In this document: positions 1-9,354 of the stretch, piece by piece
Position numbering within the stretch: the first letter of the stretch is position 1
Layout of the letters: each line of letters begins with the position of its first letter
Virus record (IMG/VR): IMGVR_UViG_3300031976_000938
Span: 1 to 37,807 of that record
DNA from: a virus
Direction: 5' to 3' (one strand)
DNA length: 37,807 nucleotides
Program-made: the position numbers and the translations under genes
Notes under the pieces: generated by a model
Databases searched by the model: none
The model's input: only the letters and a program-made list of their open reading frames with translations
Told to the model about the DNA's origin: nothing

Positions 1-1361
1 CGGGAAGCGTGAATAGTTATGAAATTTCAGACTATGACAGTTTTTCGGAATACTCTGTTGATGTCAGTCGAGGCGATGTAAGTGTCAGCGGTAGCAGTTT
101 CACGATTACGTTAGATGCGAATGAAAGTCATGGGCCTCTCGATATAAACATTACGCGAGATGGAAAGCCTGTGCTCTATTTTGTTGCAGTCGGGGCTCCC
201 GTTATTGCTCCACCATCTTTAGTTTTCCCAACAAATAATGCTGTCGATGTTGGTTTGTCACTGGTTTTGCAATCGAGTGAGTTTAAAACATATCCAAAAG
301 GAATTGACGCGCCCGTTTCATCAAGCTGGCAATTGTCACTAGACGAGAGCTTTAGCAATATTATTTTTGAGTCTGTAGAAGACAGCGATAATGTTACTTC
401 TTTGCCCGTCCCCTCTGAGCTACTGGAGATTAGCACGTTTTACTATGCACGCTGTCGTCACCATGGCGCGGAGCTTGGGGTTTCCGAATGGTCCCAGACG
501 ATAAGTTTCAAAACCGATAATAAATATATTGAAAAACCTTCTATAACGCATCCAGTAAATAGTGGGGAAGATATTCCAGAGTCTCCCATCATTGAAAGCT
601 CAGCGTTTAGTGCTTTCCCTGAAGGCGTGGACGTGCATTTTGCAACATCTTGGCGATTAATCGATGAAGAAGGCTCTGTTTTATGGGAAAAGATGGGAGA
701 TAGTGAAAATAAAATAAACATTTCTATTCCGCCTGGAACTTTGCAAGAGTCAAAAGAATATGCTGTTCAGGTTATGTATATTGGCGAGAATCTAAAAAGC
801 CCCTGGTCTGATAAGGTAGTATTCTATACTGCTAGTCAGTTTGCTCCTGAAGATGGCAACGCTGGCGTTCCTTTCGCAGGTGGTTATTTCGTTAGACGGA
901 TGTTTGATGAAGAAGGCAGCGAATATGCGTTGGTTGTCTGTTCTGAGCCAGAACAGCAGATATTCAATAGTTTCAGTTTTTATGAAGTTACACAAAAAGT
1001 ATCTAATCTTTCGATTAACGGATACACAGACTGGCGTGTGCCGACGATCGATGAGATGCGAATCATGTTTCGTGAGTTTAAGTCTTCATCTCTGCAAAAT
1101 GATACTAGATACGGCGCTACTGATAAGGTGACCCCCCCGCTGGGAAATTACACAGAAGAAGCACCTGGTGTAACGGCGTTGCCAAGCTTTTTATACCGAG
1201 GAGGAGAGCAAATCAGTGGCATTCAGTGGACTCAGAGTGAAACCGATAGTTACAACGCGCTGGTGGTGCATATGACAACCGGGTATGAGAATGTGCAGCA
1301 CAAGTCCCGAGACTATCAAGTTCGCGCTGTCCGCCGCTCGTATTTACAAGGGAGCCAGTGA
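1..1361 (+). CDS. tail fibre protein, 3' portion (same ORF as 36873..37807, joined across the circular junction; total about 734 aa)
   Basis: The reading frame of the track ORF 9..1361 is continuous with the open ORF from ATG 36873 once the 91-bp overlap is collapsed. It holds two about 95-aa repeats with the same pattern (S-W-x-L...Y...G...S-x-WS...F-x-T) and a C-terminal DUF1566/Lcl-like motif (GYTDWRVPTIDEMRIMF). GC is low, about 40%. Confidence 0.85.
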   Translation, partial: GSVNSYEISDYDSFSEYSVDVSRGDVSVSGSSFTITLDANESHGPLDINITRDGKPVLYFVAVGAPVIAPPSLVFPTNNAVDVGLSLVLQSSEFKTYPKGIDAPVSSSWQLSLDESFSNIIFESVEDSDNVTSLPVPSELLEISTFYYARCRHHGAELGVSEWSQTISFKTDNKYIEKPSITHPVNSGEDIPESPIIESSAFSAFPEGVDVHFATSWRLIDEEGSVLWEKMGDSENKINISIPPGTLQESKEYAVQVMYIGENLKSPWSDKVVFYTASQFAPEDGNAGVPFAGGYFVRRMFDEEGSEYALVVCSEPEQQIFNSFSFYEVTQKVSNLSINGYTDWRVPTIDEMRIMFREFKSSSLQNDTRYGATDKVTPPLGNYTEEAPGVTALPSFLYRGGEQISGIQWTQSETDSYNALVVHMTTGYENVQHKSRDYQVRAVRRSYLQGSQ

Positions 1362-1985
1362 ATGAAAATTGAATACGTCAAAGTTGATCATATTGACCGC
1401 CGCCCCACAACAGAATACCCGGCAAGGCACGGCCCCGATGATCCAGTGCACGGCATACAATTTCTCTGGTGCGAGTCTGGTGATCCTAATCGCTACTTCG
1501 GTTTAGCCCCGGACAGCACGAATCTTGCGACACCAGGCATACTGCGTCAGATTAACGAAGAGGAGTGGGAATATCTCACAAAGCAGCGCCGGGAAATACG
1601 CTTGCAAGAGCTCGCTGATCACCGTTGGCGAATCGAAACCGGCGGCGTCACACTGCCCGGCGGCGGTCGAATCCTTACCGATCGTGAAAGCCAGGCGCAG
1701 GTCAACTCAGCGTATACGACCCTGCGCGAAGACTTCATCACGACAGCGGATTTTAAAGGCGAAAACGGCTGGGTGTTGATCACGCTGGCCGAGATCACCC
1801 CGATCGCCAAGGCAGTAGCCCGGCATGTGCAGCCCTGCTTCACGGCCGAGCGTCGCGTCAGTGAGAAAATAAACGCCGCTGAGGATGCCGAAGCGCTCCA
1901 CGCTATAGACATCGCCAGTGAATTTGCCGCCGAGTTGGAAGCGATTAAGGCCGAGCAACTGGAAGCCGAAACCGCTCCCGGCTGA
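1362..1985 (+). CDS. fibre-associated protein, possible DUF4376-type tail fibre assembly/accessory protein
   Basis: Starts directly after the fibre stop (TGAATG) with a GGGAG RBS. The segment RWRIETGGVTLPGGGRILTDRESQAQVNSAY...HVQPCF resembles the DUF4376 pattern. GC returns to the genome average exactly at this gene boundary. Confidence 0.6.
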   Translation: MKIEYVKVDHIDRRPTTEYPARHGPDDPVHGIQFLWCESGDPNRYFGLAPDSTNLATPGILRQINEEEWEYLTKQRREIRLQELADHRWRIETGGVTLPGGGRILTDRESQAQVNSAYTTLREDFITTADFKGENGWVLITLAEITPIAKAVARHVQPCFTAERRVSEKINAAEDAEALHAIDIASEFAAELEAIKAEQLEAETAPG

Positions 1986-2009
1986 CGCTTAACCGCTGAA
2001 CTACACCGA

Positions 2010-2032
2010 CCCGCCTGTATGGCGGTTTTTTT
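2010..2032 (+). terminator. weak intrinsic terminator after the fibre module
   Basis: CCGCC-tgtat-GGCGG stem followed by TTTTTTT. Confidence 0.45.
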
Positions 2033-2050
2033 GTGCCTGGAGAAAGCCCA

Positions 2051-2239
2051 ATGGCTGATAGCCAAAACCGTCGCAAATACCGCGTCGTCGTCCCGTTCCC
2101 CCACAAGGGTGGGCACTGGACGCAGAAAGGTCAGGAGCTTGAGCTCCTGCGTTGTGAAGCCGAGCAGCTCGTGCGCGCAGGGCGACTGCAGCCGGTTAAA
2201 TCCACCAAGGCCATCGCGGCCGCTAAGAAAGGCGAGTAA
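2051..2239 (+). CDS. small protein preceding the sheath gene (DUF2635-like position in Mu/P2-type tails)
   Basis: ATG 2051 with a GGAG 9 nt upstream; the track ORF 2033..2239 is in the same frame. Basic 62-aa product. Function inferred from synteny only. Confidence 0.5.
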   Translation: MADSQNRRKYRVVVPFPHKGGHWTQKGQELELLRCEAEQLVRAGRLQPVKSTKAIAAAKKGE

Positions 2240-2242
2240 CCG

Positions 2243-3433
2243 ATGGCTGAGATTCCAAATTTTGACCACAACGGCATCTCGATCAATACGACCGAGCCGC
2301 CAGCCCCGATGGGGCCGCTATCCGGCACGATCCCCGGTTGGGTGGGTACCGCGCCCGATCGTGATGCAAGTCTGCCGTTGAACGTGCCGATCCGCATTGC
2401 GAATACGAAAGACGCGGCGCTGCTGGATACCACTGGTGACGAGGCGGGCACGTTGTTTCATGCCGTGTCGCAGACGCTGAAGAAAGCCCAGTGCGTTCAG
2501 TACGTGATTATCGTTGAAGAGCAAACAGACCCCGAAGGCGAGCCGGACTTAGCGGCGACGACTGCCAAGATCATCGGCGGTATCGATGTCGAGAGCGGCC
2601 AGAAGACCGGTATCTCGGCGATTCCTACCGCCGCCGAGGTGCCTAACGTCATCGCCGCGCCTGGCTATAGCCACCAGAAGGAAGTGATTGATGCGCTGGC
2701 CAGCATGGGTCGCCGGATCCGCGCGCGGGTGCTGATCGATGCGCCCGACGAAGCGGTGTCGGGCATTACCGACTTTAGCGAGACGCTAGGCGGTGAGGGG
2801 CTTGGCTTTGAAGGCGTCTACATGGCCTATCAACAGTGCCAGGTGTATTCCAAAGCAGCGCTGGGCCAGATCTTCGTGCCGCCCAGCACGATGGCCATGG
2901 GCTGCTTTGCAGCGGTTCAGCCATGGGAAAGCCCAGGCAACCAGGGCGTGTACATCGACGGCGTGAGCCGGGATATCGATTACAACATCCTGGATAAAAC
3001 GCACGAGGGCGACCTGCTCAACCGCTATGGTGTGAGCTACTTCGCGCGCACCTCGCTGGGTGGTTTTTCGCTGATCGGCAACCGTGCCGTGGATGGATCG
3101 TTCATCTCGCACACGGGCCTCGCTGACGAGATCGGCCGGAAGCTGTGCAAAACGGCACAGAAGGCGATGGCCAAAAACCTGGACATGGCGTTTATGCGCC
3201 AAGAGCTGCGACGGATCGACAACTTTGGGCAGAACTTGGTGGCCCAGGGCGTCCTGCCGATTTTCGAGTGCTACCTGCACCCAACATTGAACACCGTCGA
3301 CGAGTACCGCAACGGCACCTGGTACATCGTGCTGAACTACGCGCGTTACTCGCCAAATGAACACATGGTCTATCAGCTGAACGCATCTGAAGACCTAATC
3401 GGCACCTTCGTGGAGAGCATGCTCAATGGCTGA
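2243..3433 (+). CDS. contractile tail sheath protein (P2 FI-like)
   Basis: 396 aa. By-eye similarity to the P2 FI N-terminus (tract ending PLNVPIRI) and position immediately upstream of the tube gene with an overlapping stop/start. Confidence 0.9.
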   Translation: MAEIPNFDHNGISINTTEPPAPMGPLSGTIPGWVGTAPDRDASLPLNVPIRIANTKDAALLDTTGDEAGTLFHAVSQTLKKAQCVQYVIIVEEQTDPEGEPDLAATTAKIIGGIDVESGQKTGISAIPTAAEVPNVIAAPGYSHQKEVIDALASMGRRIRARVLIDAPDEAVSGITDFSETLGGEGLGFEGVYMAYQQCQVYSKAALGQIFVPPSTMAMGCFAAVQPWESPGNQGVYIDGVSRDIDYNILDKTHEGDLLNRYGVSYFARTSLGGFSLIGNRAVDGSFISHTGLADEIGRKLCKTAQKAMAKNLDMAFMRQELRRIDNFGQNLVAQGVLPIFECYLHPTLNTVDEYRNGTWYIVLNYARYSPNEHMVYQLNASEDLIGTFVESMLNG

Positions 3434-3926
3434 ACGTACACGCCGCATTATTGCGGCCACCTTTCAAGGGTACCCGCTGCTCGAAGAGATCGAGAGCTTC
3501 ACCCCGGTCAACACCGAAAAGACCATGGAGGCTTCGCGCGGCGGGCGTTTCGTTGGTCGCGAGCTGATGGTCGGGCTGGAGAACATGACCGCGTCGATCG
3601 TACTCAACGGCGCCGACTCGGCGCTGTTTGGCGACCTCAGCCCGGCGGCGGGCGAAGACGTCGAGCTCTACGTGCGCGAGGCCTGGGAGACCGAAGACGG
3701 CGAAGCTATTTCGGTGAAGCACGAGATCACCGGAACGGTCAACAATGTTGAATCGCGCGAAACCAAGATGGGCGAGTTCCCACAGCGCACGGTCAGCATC
3801 GCGGTCATCGCGAGCAAGCGCACCGAAGGCGACACGTTGATTCACAACATCAACGTGCGCACTCAGGTAGTCGATCTCGGCAGTGGCGACCTGATGGAAG
3901 CCCACCGCCGCGCCGCTGAAGTATAA
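3426..3926 (+). CDS. tail tube protein (P2 FII-like)
   Basis: 166 aa; ATGGCTGA overlap with the sheath stop. The C-terminal ...DLMEAHRRAAEV resembles the P2 FII end (LEQHRRNIGL). Confidence 0.9.
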   Translation: MAERTRRIIAATFQGYPLLEEIESFTPVNTEKTMEASRGGRFVGRELMVGLENMTASIVLNGADSALFGDLSPAAGEDVELYVREAWETEDGEAISVKHEITGTVNNVESRETKMGEFPQRTVSIAVIASKRTEGDTLIHNINVRTQVVDLGSGDLMEAHRRAAEV

Positions 3927-3946
3927 ACCCAACTCACCGCTACCCG

Positions 3947-3985
3947 CGCCGCCCCGACCTTAGTGCCGGGGCGGCGTTTCTTTTT
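3947..3985 (+). terminator. intrinsic terminator after sheath-tube
   Basis: Perfect 10-bp stem CGCCGCCCCG / CGGGGCGGCG with a 10-nt loop, followed by TTTCTTTTT. Confidence 0.8.
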
Positions 3986-4008
3986 GCCTGCCTGAAGGAT
4001 CCTGACCA

Positions 4009-4566
4009 ATGTGGAAGCCCGAACCGATCACTCTGACGTGGCCGATCAAGCACGATGATGCGCACCTTGAAAAGCTGCCGCTGCGCCCAGTTACCAAAGC
4101 CGAATATGACAAGCACGTCGTGCCGCTGGAAAACGGTACCCAGCAGTTTCTGGCCATGGCGGTGTTGGCCACCGGCCTGCCCGAGAAAGTAATCAAGACG
4201 CTCAAGCGCCCTGACTTCAATAGCTTGGCCGCGTGGCTGCGTGAGATGAGCGGGAACAATGCCGAAGTGTTCCGCGAGATCTCCGACCCTGATGCGCCCG
4301 AGCTACTGGTGCCGATCACGGGTGACGATGGCCACCAGATCGACCGGGTCACTCTGGAAGTGCCCGGCCTGGAAGCGACGATCTTGATGGAGAAGAAGCC
4401 CAACCTGGAAGATCAAAATTGGTTCATCAACATGCACTGCACCGGGCTTTCCCGCGAGGAGCTTGGCCGGTTGTCGTTGCCTGATTGGAACCAGATTCAG
4501 GCGAGGATTACTCGTTTTTTGGCCGACACGGGGGATTATTTTCGCGGCGTGACATCGACACGCTGA
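4009..4566 (+). CDS. tail assembly chaperone (P2 gpE / lambda gpG analogue), zero-frame product
   Basis: Lies between the tube and tape measure genes and contains the slippery heptamer near its 3' end. Confidence 0.8.
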   Translation: MWKPEPITLTWPIKHDDAHLEKLPLRPVTKAEYDKHVVPLENGTQQFLAMAVLATGLPEKVIKTLKRPDFNSLAAWLREMSGNNAEVFREISDPDAPELLVPITGDDGHQIDRVTLEVPGLEATILMEKKPNLEDQNWFINMHCTGLSREELGRLSLPDWNQIQARITRFLADTGDYFRGVTSTR

Positions 4567-4688
4567 CCGATGTGATTCCTCTGGTCTACCACGTTAGCGA
4601 AGCCGAGATCCTGACGTGGAAACCCGACAAAGCGCTGCGCCGCTATGAACTAGCGCTGCAGCGACTCAATCCTAAACGCCGAGGGTAG
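4009..4688 (+). CDS. tail assembly chaperone, -1 frameshift fusion product (P2 gpE+E' / lambda gpGT analogue)
   Basis: A slip at T TTT TTG (4515..4521) moves the frame of 4009 into the frame of track ORF 4485..4688 (...FFGRHGGLFSRR...). This ORF ends 5 nt before the tape measure ATG. Confidence 0.7.
4515..4521 (+). other. programmed -1 ribosomal frameshift heptamer T_TTT_TTG
   Basis: Zero-frame codons are CGT TTT TTG GCC (R F L A). This is the X XXY YYZ heptamer type used by P2 E/E'. The -1 frame stays open for 56 further codons. Confidence 0.75.
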
Positions 4689-4692
4689 CGCG

Positions 4693-7611
4693 ATGGCAGA
4701 ATCCAAATATTCTATCCGGCTCGCTGCCAAGGATGCCTTCAGCAGCACGTTTGAGTCGTTCGAAGACGCCTCAGCGGGCGTGCGCGCCGCAGTGCGCGAT
4801 CAGCAAGATGAGCTGCGCACGCTTAACCGAGTCGCTCGGGATGTTGACGGCTACCAGCGTCTAGAAACGAAGATTGAGTCTACGAAGACCCAGCTTGCCT
4901 CGGCGCGGGCAGAGCATGCCCGCTTGGGGCGCGAGGTTGAGCAGTCTGGGAATCGTGTTGGCGAGCTGGCAGCGCAATATGACACGGCTCGCGTCACGCT
5001 CCGTCGTCTTGAAGATGCGACCGAAAGCAGTGCTGCTGAAGTTAAAGCGGCGCGTGTTGAGCATAATCGCCTTGAGCGGGAGCTGAACGCTGCCGAGCGT
5101 GCTGAACGGTCTCTCACAACACAGCGTGATAAGTCGACAGCCAATGTCAAAACGCTGGAAAGCGCCGAGCGTGGCCACCGTAATGAGCTGGGCCGCGTTA
5201 GTCGATCGCTGACCGATGCCGGTGTTGATACCAACAACCTAGCCGAAGAGCAGCGACGCCTGGAGCGCTCGATTGAGAGCGCGAACGGTGCCCTGCAAAG
5301 CCAGCGTGGCCGCCTGGACGCCGTGCGTGACGCTCAAGGCCGAATCGATGCCAACCGCAACGCGCGGGCAGATTTGCGCGGCAGAGCGGTGGAAACGGCA
5401 GCGCTGGGCTATCTCGCATCGCGTCCGATTAATCAGGCGATGGACGTTGAAACCGCTGCGGCCGAGTACGCCAAGGTGGCCAACGGCGTCACGCCTGAGC
5501 AGATTCAGGAAATGGCGTCGACCAACCTACGCATGTCGACCGAGCGGCAGTTTGCAGCGGCTGAGCTGACGGCGGTTGACCTGTTCCGGATTCAGGCGTC
5601 GGCTGCTCAGGGTGGCATCGATAGCGAAGAGGTGATGCCGTTCACCCGCACCGCCGCGACCATGGCGGCGGCGTTTGATATGAGCGCCGACGATGCCGGT
5701 GACACGCTAATGGCGTGGCGTGCCGGTATGGGGCTCGACCAGGGGCGCGCCAACCTGCTGGCCGATGCCAGTAATGAACTAGGCAATACCTTCAACGCGC
5801 AGTCGGGTGATATTGCCGACGTATTGCGTCGCCAAGGCGCTGTGGCGATGTCGTCGGGCTTTAGCGAGCTTGAAACCGCTGCCCTTTCGGCGGCGCTGCT
5901 CAACGGCGGCGCTACCCGGGAGGTGTCAGCGACAGCGCTGAAGAACCTGACCGGTGCGCTGACCAAGGGCGATGCGGCATCGAACCCGCAAAAGCAGGCG
6001 CTTTCCTCTTTGGGTTTCGACTCGGTGGATCTTGCCAGCTCAATGCAGTCGGATGCCGTGGGCACCACGCTCGAAGTGATCGATGCGCTGCAGCAGGCAC
6101 CGCCTGAGCAGCTCTCGGCGCTGGTAACGCAGATCTTTGGTGAGGACAGCAAGGGCGCAATCATGCCCTTGCTGGCCAACACCGATGCGTTACGCCAGGC
6201 GTTTGATCTGGTGGCCGACGAGCAGTCTCTGATGGGCTCATCGGCACGAGAAGCGGCGGGACTTTCCGAGACATCGCGCACCACCTGGAACCGCACGGTC
6301 TCGTCGTTCGGTCGACTGACCGCGATCGTTGGCACGGCAATGCTGCCCGCCTTTGAGGCGGTGGCTAACCCTTTGGCGGATGCAGTCAACCTGGTTGCCG
6401 ACTTCGCTGAGGAAAACCAAGGGCTTGTGGGCGTGCTTGCCGCAGGTGCGGCGGGCATTGTCGCGCTCAAGACGGCAGCGCTTGGTCTCCAGTTCGGCAA
6501 GCTAATGCTGGGCCAGGGCGCTAACTACGCGCGGCTGGCCAATGCCCGTTCTGGGCTGAATACCCGACAGGCTCAAACGGCTCGCGCGGCAGACGGTGCC
6601 ACGCGGCGCTTAAACGCGGCCATGAACATGCTAGGCCGTGGCGGTGCCGCAGGTGCGGCTGGGCGTCGCGCTCGCACAGCGGGCCGGTCTACAGCCGGTG
6701 CTACGGGTGGAGCGCCGCGCCGTGCCACCGTGCCAGCCGCCAATACGCGCATGGCTGGGATGTCCTTTGCCCCAGTGGCCGGAGCGGCTCCAGCGGCGGC
6801 GCCTGCTGCTGCCGGTAACGCGGCGCGTGGTGGTTGGCGTGGTGGTTTATCGCGCGCGGGCGACCTGGCCAACCGAGCAAGCAACAGCCGGGTAGCGAAA
6901 TGGGGTGGCCGTGCAGCGGTGCCGCTAATGCTGCTGGGAGGCGCTGCTCAAGCGGCCAACGCGGCGGGCGAGGGTGATGCCGAGGGCGTTGGTAGTGCCG
7001 TCGGCGGTATGGCGGGCGGCCTTGGCGGTGCCTGGGCGGGAGCGGGTGCAGGCGCGGCGCTTGGCACGATGATCCTTCCGGGTGTTGGCACGGCCGTGGG
7101 TGGTGCTGCCGGTGGTTTGATCGGTGGCATTGCGGGCTCGGGTGCGGGCCAGTGGATTGGAGAGAAGGCGGGCGGATTCTGGAACTGGGCAACCGGCGGA
7201 GACGACGACAAGCCGCAAGCGGCGCTGGATCCGTTAGCGGTGAATGCGGCCGCTCATGTTGGTGCAACACCGCGTGCACAGATATCTCCTATCGCGTTTA
7301 CCTCTGCCCATCAGGTGGCCGCTGCCAGCCAAGCGCCACCGCCACCGGCGCAGATCTCGCCAGAGGCACTGGTTGTAGCCAACCGGGTGGCATCTCCTGA
7401 GGACGCGGCGCGGGAGGTCACTGAGAACAACGATAACCGCACGATCTCACCATCGTTTGACATCAAGATCGAGTCGAGCGGCGACCCCGCGCGTGACGAA
7501 GTGCTGCTCGATCGCCTGATGGAGCGACTGCGTACCGAGCTAATGCCCATGCTGCAGGGCGGCGGATTGGACGTTCGCCTGGATGCATCACTAACCGACG
7601 GAGGGGCTTGA
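4693..7611 (+). CDS. tail tape measure protein
   Basis: 972 aa. N-terminal coiled coil, central TP901-type tape-measure-like region, Gly/Ala-rich hydrophobic segment near the C-terminus; sits after the frameshift chaperones. Confidence 0.9.
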   Translation: MAESKYSIRLAAKDAFSSTFESFEDASAGVRAAVRDQQDELRTLNRVARDVDGYQRLETKIESTKTQLASARAEHARLGREVEQSGNRVGELAAQYDTARVTLRRLEDATESSAAEVKAARVEHNRLERELNAAERAERSLTTQRDKSTANVKTLESAERGHRNELGRVSRSLTDAGVDTNNLAEEQRRLERSIESANGALQSQRGRLDAVRDAQGRIDANRNARADLRGRAVETAALGYLASRPINQAMDVETAAAEYAKVANGVTPEQIQEMASTNLRMSTERQFAAAELTAVDLFRIQASAAQGGIDSEEVMPFTRTAATMAAAFDMSADDAGDTLMAWRAGMGLDQGRANLLADASNELGNTFNAQSGDIADVLRRQGAVAMSSGFSELETAALSAALLNGGATREVSATALKNLTGALTKGDAASNPQKQALSSLGFDSVDLASSMQSDAVGTTLEVIDALQQAPPEQLSALVTQIFGEDSKGAIMPLLANTDALRQAFDLVADEQSLMGSSAREAAGLSETSRTTWNRTVSSFGRLTAIVGTAMLPAFEAVANPLADAVNLVADFAEENQGLVGVLAAGAAGIVALKTAALGLQFGKLMLGQGANYARLANARSGLNTRQAQTARAADGATRRLNAAMNMLGRGGAAGAAGRRARTAGRSTAGATGGAPRRATVPAANTRMAGMSFAPVAGAAPAAAPAAAGNAARGGWRGGLSRAGDLANRASNSRVAKWGGRAAVPLMLLGGAAQAANAAGEGDAEGVGSAVGGMAGGLGGAWAGAGAGAALGTMILPGVGTAVGGAAGGLIGGIAGSGAGQWIGEKAGGFWNWATGGDDDKPQAALDPLAVNAAAHVGATPRAQISPIAFTSAHQVAAASQAPPPPAQISPEALVVANRVASPEDAAREVTENNDNRTISPSFDIKIESSGDPARDEVLLDRLMERLRTELMPMLQGGGLDVRLDASLTDGGA

Positions 7612-7612
7612 T

Positions 7613-8020
7613 ATGGCGCGACAGCAGCTATCGCTGGGCGGCTTCGTGTTCAGTCAGCAGGGCGAGTTCGCTTACGAGACGCTGGAGCGCAAGTCGTCTG
7701 GCGGCTGGCAGCGGATTGATATCGTCAACGCCAAGCCGCGCGCGCACAACACCGGCCAGGGTGCCGAGACGGTGCGCCTACGTGGCAAGGCTTTTTATGC
7801 CTACGGCATGGACAAGCTCGCCGAGCTGCGCGCCCTTCAGGCGAAGCGTGAACCGCTAACCCTGGTCGATGGCCATGGGGCGAACTGGGGCCGCTGGACG
7901 TTCGACGACTTAAACGAGAACCAGGAGCGCATCATCGACGATGGCACGGCGATGATCGTCAAGTGGGAAATATTGCTGACGGAGTACAGCGATGAGGAAG
8001 ATCCGCAGCCGGGCGGGTGA
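7613..8020 (+). CDS. tail protein, P2 gpU-like
   Basis: 135 aa, GGAGGGG RBS. The T-U-X-D gene order matches P2, and the overall pattern resembles gpU. Confidence 0.85.
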   Translation: MARQQLSLGGFVFSQQGEFAYETLERKSSGGWQRIDIVNAKPRAHNTGQGAETVRLRGKAFYAYGMDKLAELRALQAKREPLTLVDGHGANWGRWTFDDLNENQERIIDDGTAMIVKWEILLTEYSDEEDPQPGG

Positions 8021-8204
8021 TACCGCTAACGGCATTCTGTACCGGGAGACCGGCCGTTACGACGACACTGCTGAGGAAGCGCTGTGGCAAGTCAATCCAG
8101 GCTTGGCGGCCTATGGGCCGACACTGCCGTCGGGCGTTACCGTCTACGTGCCCGAGATCCAGGAGACGCCGACCCTCGCGAAGGTGACTAACGTATGGGA
8201 CTGA
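7992..8204 (+). CDS. tail protein X (P2 gpX-like, LysM-like)
   Basis: ...GDTANGILYRETGRYDDTAEEALWQVNPGLAAYGPTLPSGVTVYVPE... aligns by eye with P2 gpX (QGDTLDAICVRYYGRTEGVVETVLAANPGLAELGAVLPHGTAVELPD). Confidence 0.85.
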   Translation: MRKIRSRAGDTANGILYRETGRYDDTAEEALWQVNPGLAAYGPTLPSGVTVYVPEIQETPTLAKVTNVWD

Positions 8205-9214
8205 TGGGATACACGCCGCTGTTTGAGGCCGACGGCGCTAATGCGGGACTGATCAACTCCCGGCTGATCCGCTGGGAGCGTGTCGACGCGGCGGGCCTTG
8301 AGTCAGATCGGTTGATGCTGGTGGTGGACACCGAAGGCCTGGATGGCCTTCCTAGCGATGGTGGGGTTATCCACTGGCGTGAGGGCTACGCCGAGACTGG
8401 GCTGTGGGATAAGGGTGCGTTTCGCGTGACGCGCACGACGCCGCAACTTTTCCCCATGGCTATGAAAATTGTGGCCACCGCTGCGCCATTTGAGGCACCA
8501 GATGAGACGGCATATCGAGAGCGGCGATCGGCTAGCTATGGGCCTACTACGCTAGGTGAAATATTTCGTCAACTGGTTCGCAAGCACAGCTTCGAGCCCC
8601 GCATCGCTCCAGAGCTCGACATTATAACAGTAGGACATGTTGATCAGGCCGACGAGACCGATTTCGGATTTCTGACGCGGCTGGCTGGCAAGTACGACGC
8701 TGTCACCAAGCCGGTAGACGATCTCTACGTTCTAGCGCTGCGCGGTCAAATTAAAAGCGTAAGCGGGCAGCAGCTTGAGTCTTTGACGCTTTCAGTGCCA
8801 CAGAACAACTTACCAGGTGCTGGCAGCTTCGTGAATGCTTCAGTTGATCGGTCGGGTCGCCAAGAATTTGCCGGTGTGCGGGCCAGCTGGTACGACGACG
8901 AAGCTGCTAAGGCGGTGACGGTAGAAGCAGGAGAGAAGCCGTTCAAAACGCTGCGGCAGCAGTATCAAAGCGAGGCCGAAGCCCAGGCGGCAGCGCAGGG
9001 TGAGCAGCGAAAGCTAACCCGGAAAGCGGCAAAGCTAACGGTCGACGCGCCTGGCGATCCTCGTTTCGTGGCTGAGGGTTTGATCATCCTGGATGACACC
9101 TGGCCAAGCCACATGCGTGGAACGTGGTCGGTCGACAAGGTGACGGCGCGCGGTGAGAAAAGCGGTTATCGCTGCCGGATAGAAGCAACGTGGCCAGAAG
9201 GACACGAAGACTAG
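8195..9214 (+). CDS. tail protein D (P2 gpD-like, late control D family)
   Basis: 339 aa; last gene of the T-U-X-D block. An alternative start at ATG 8204 overlaps the gpX stop. Confidence 0.85.
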   Translation: MGLMGYTPLFEADGANAGLINSRLIRWERVDAAGLESDRLMLVVDTEGLDGLPSDGGVIHWREGYAETGLWDKGAFRVTRTTPQLFPMAMKIVATAAPFEAPDETAYRERRSASYGPTTLGEIFRQLVRKHSFEPRIAPELDIITVGHVDQADETDFGFLTRLAGKYDAVTKPVDDLYVLALRGQIKSVSGQQLESLTLSVPQNNLPGAGSFVNASVDRSGRQEFAGVRASWYDDEAAKAVTVEAGEKPFKTLRQQYQSEAEAQAAAQGEQRKLTRKAAKLTVDAPGDPRFVAEGLIILDDTWPSHMRGTWSVDKVTARGEKSGYRCRIEATWPEGHED

Positions 9215-9354
9215 ATGGAGGGCTCCCTGGTGGTGCGGACACACCGCCAGGGCGCTAACACACTCGATGCACCGAGTGGGCCAGCCATGGCCCCCCATGC
9301 CTGCACAGGCGCTGGGGAGGCTACCCGATAAGTAACTGACCCACAAGGACGAAG

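Noticed and set aside
1619-2269. 216-aa minus-strand ORF overlapping the fibre-accessory gene and the small pre-sheath gene
   Set aside because: It is antisense to well-supported + strand genes, with an Arg/Ser/Ala-rich composition typical of shadow ORFs in high-GC DNA and no RBS.
5607-6500. 297-aa minus-strand ORF, plus several others between 4851 and 7550 on both strands
   Set aside because: All lie inside the tape measure gene. They are Ala/Ser/Pro/Arg-rich low-complexity products of the opposite or shifted frames of a GC-rich, repetitive coding region.
6560-7230. Extremely Ala/Gly/Arg-rich, GC-rich stretch, considered as a possible separate gene or simple-sequence repeat
   Set aside because: It is continuous in frame with the tape measure ORF. 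Gly-rich hydrophobic segments (GGLIGGIAGSGAGQWIG) are common near tape-measure C-termini.
9215-9331. 38-aa ORF (MEGSLVVRTHRQGANTLDAPSGPAMAPHACTGAGEATR) between gpD and dam
   Set aside because: It has no convincing RBS, a low-complexity product, and is largely made up of the hairpin. It was treated as non-coding spacer.
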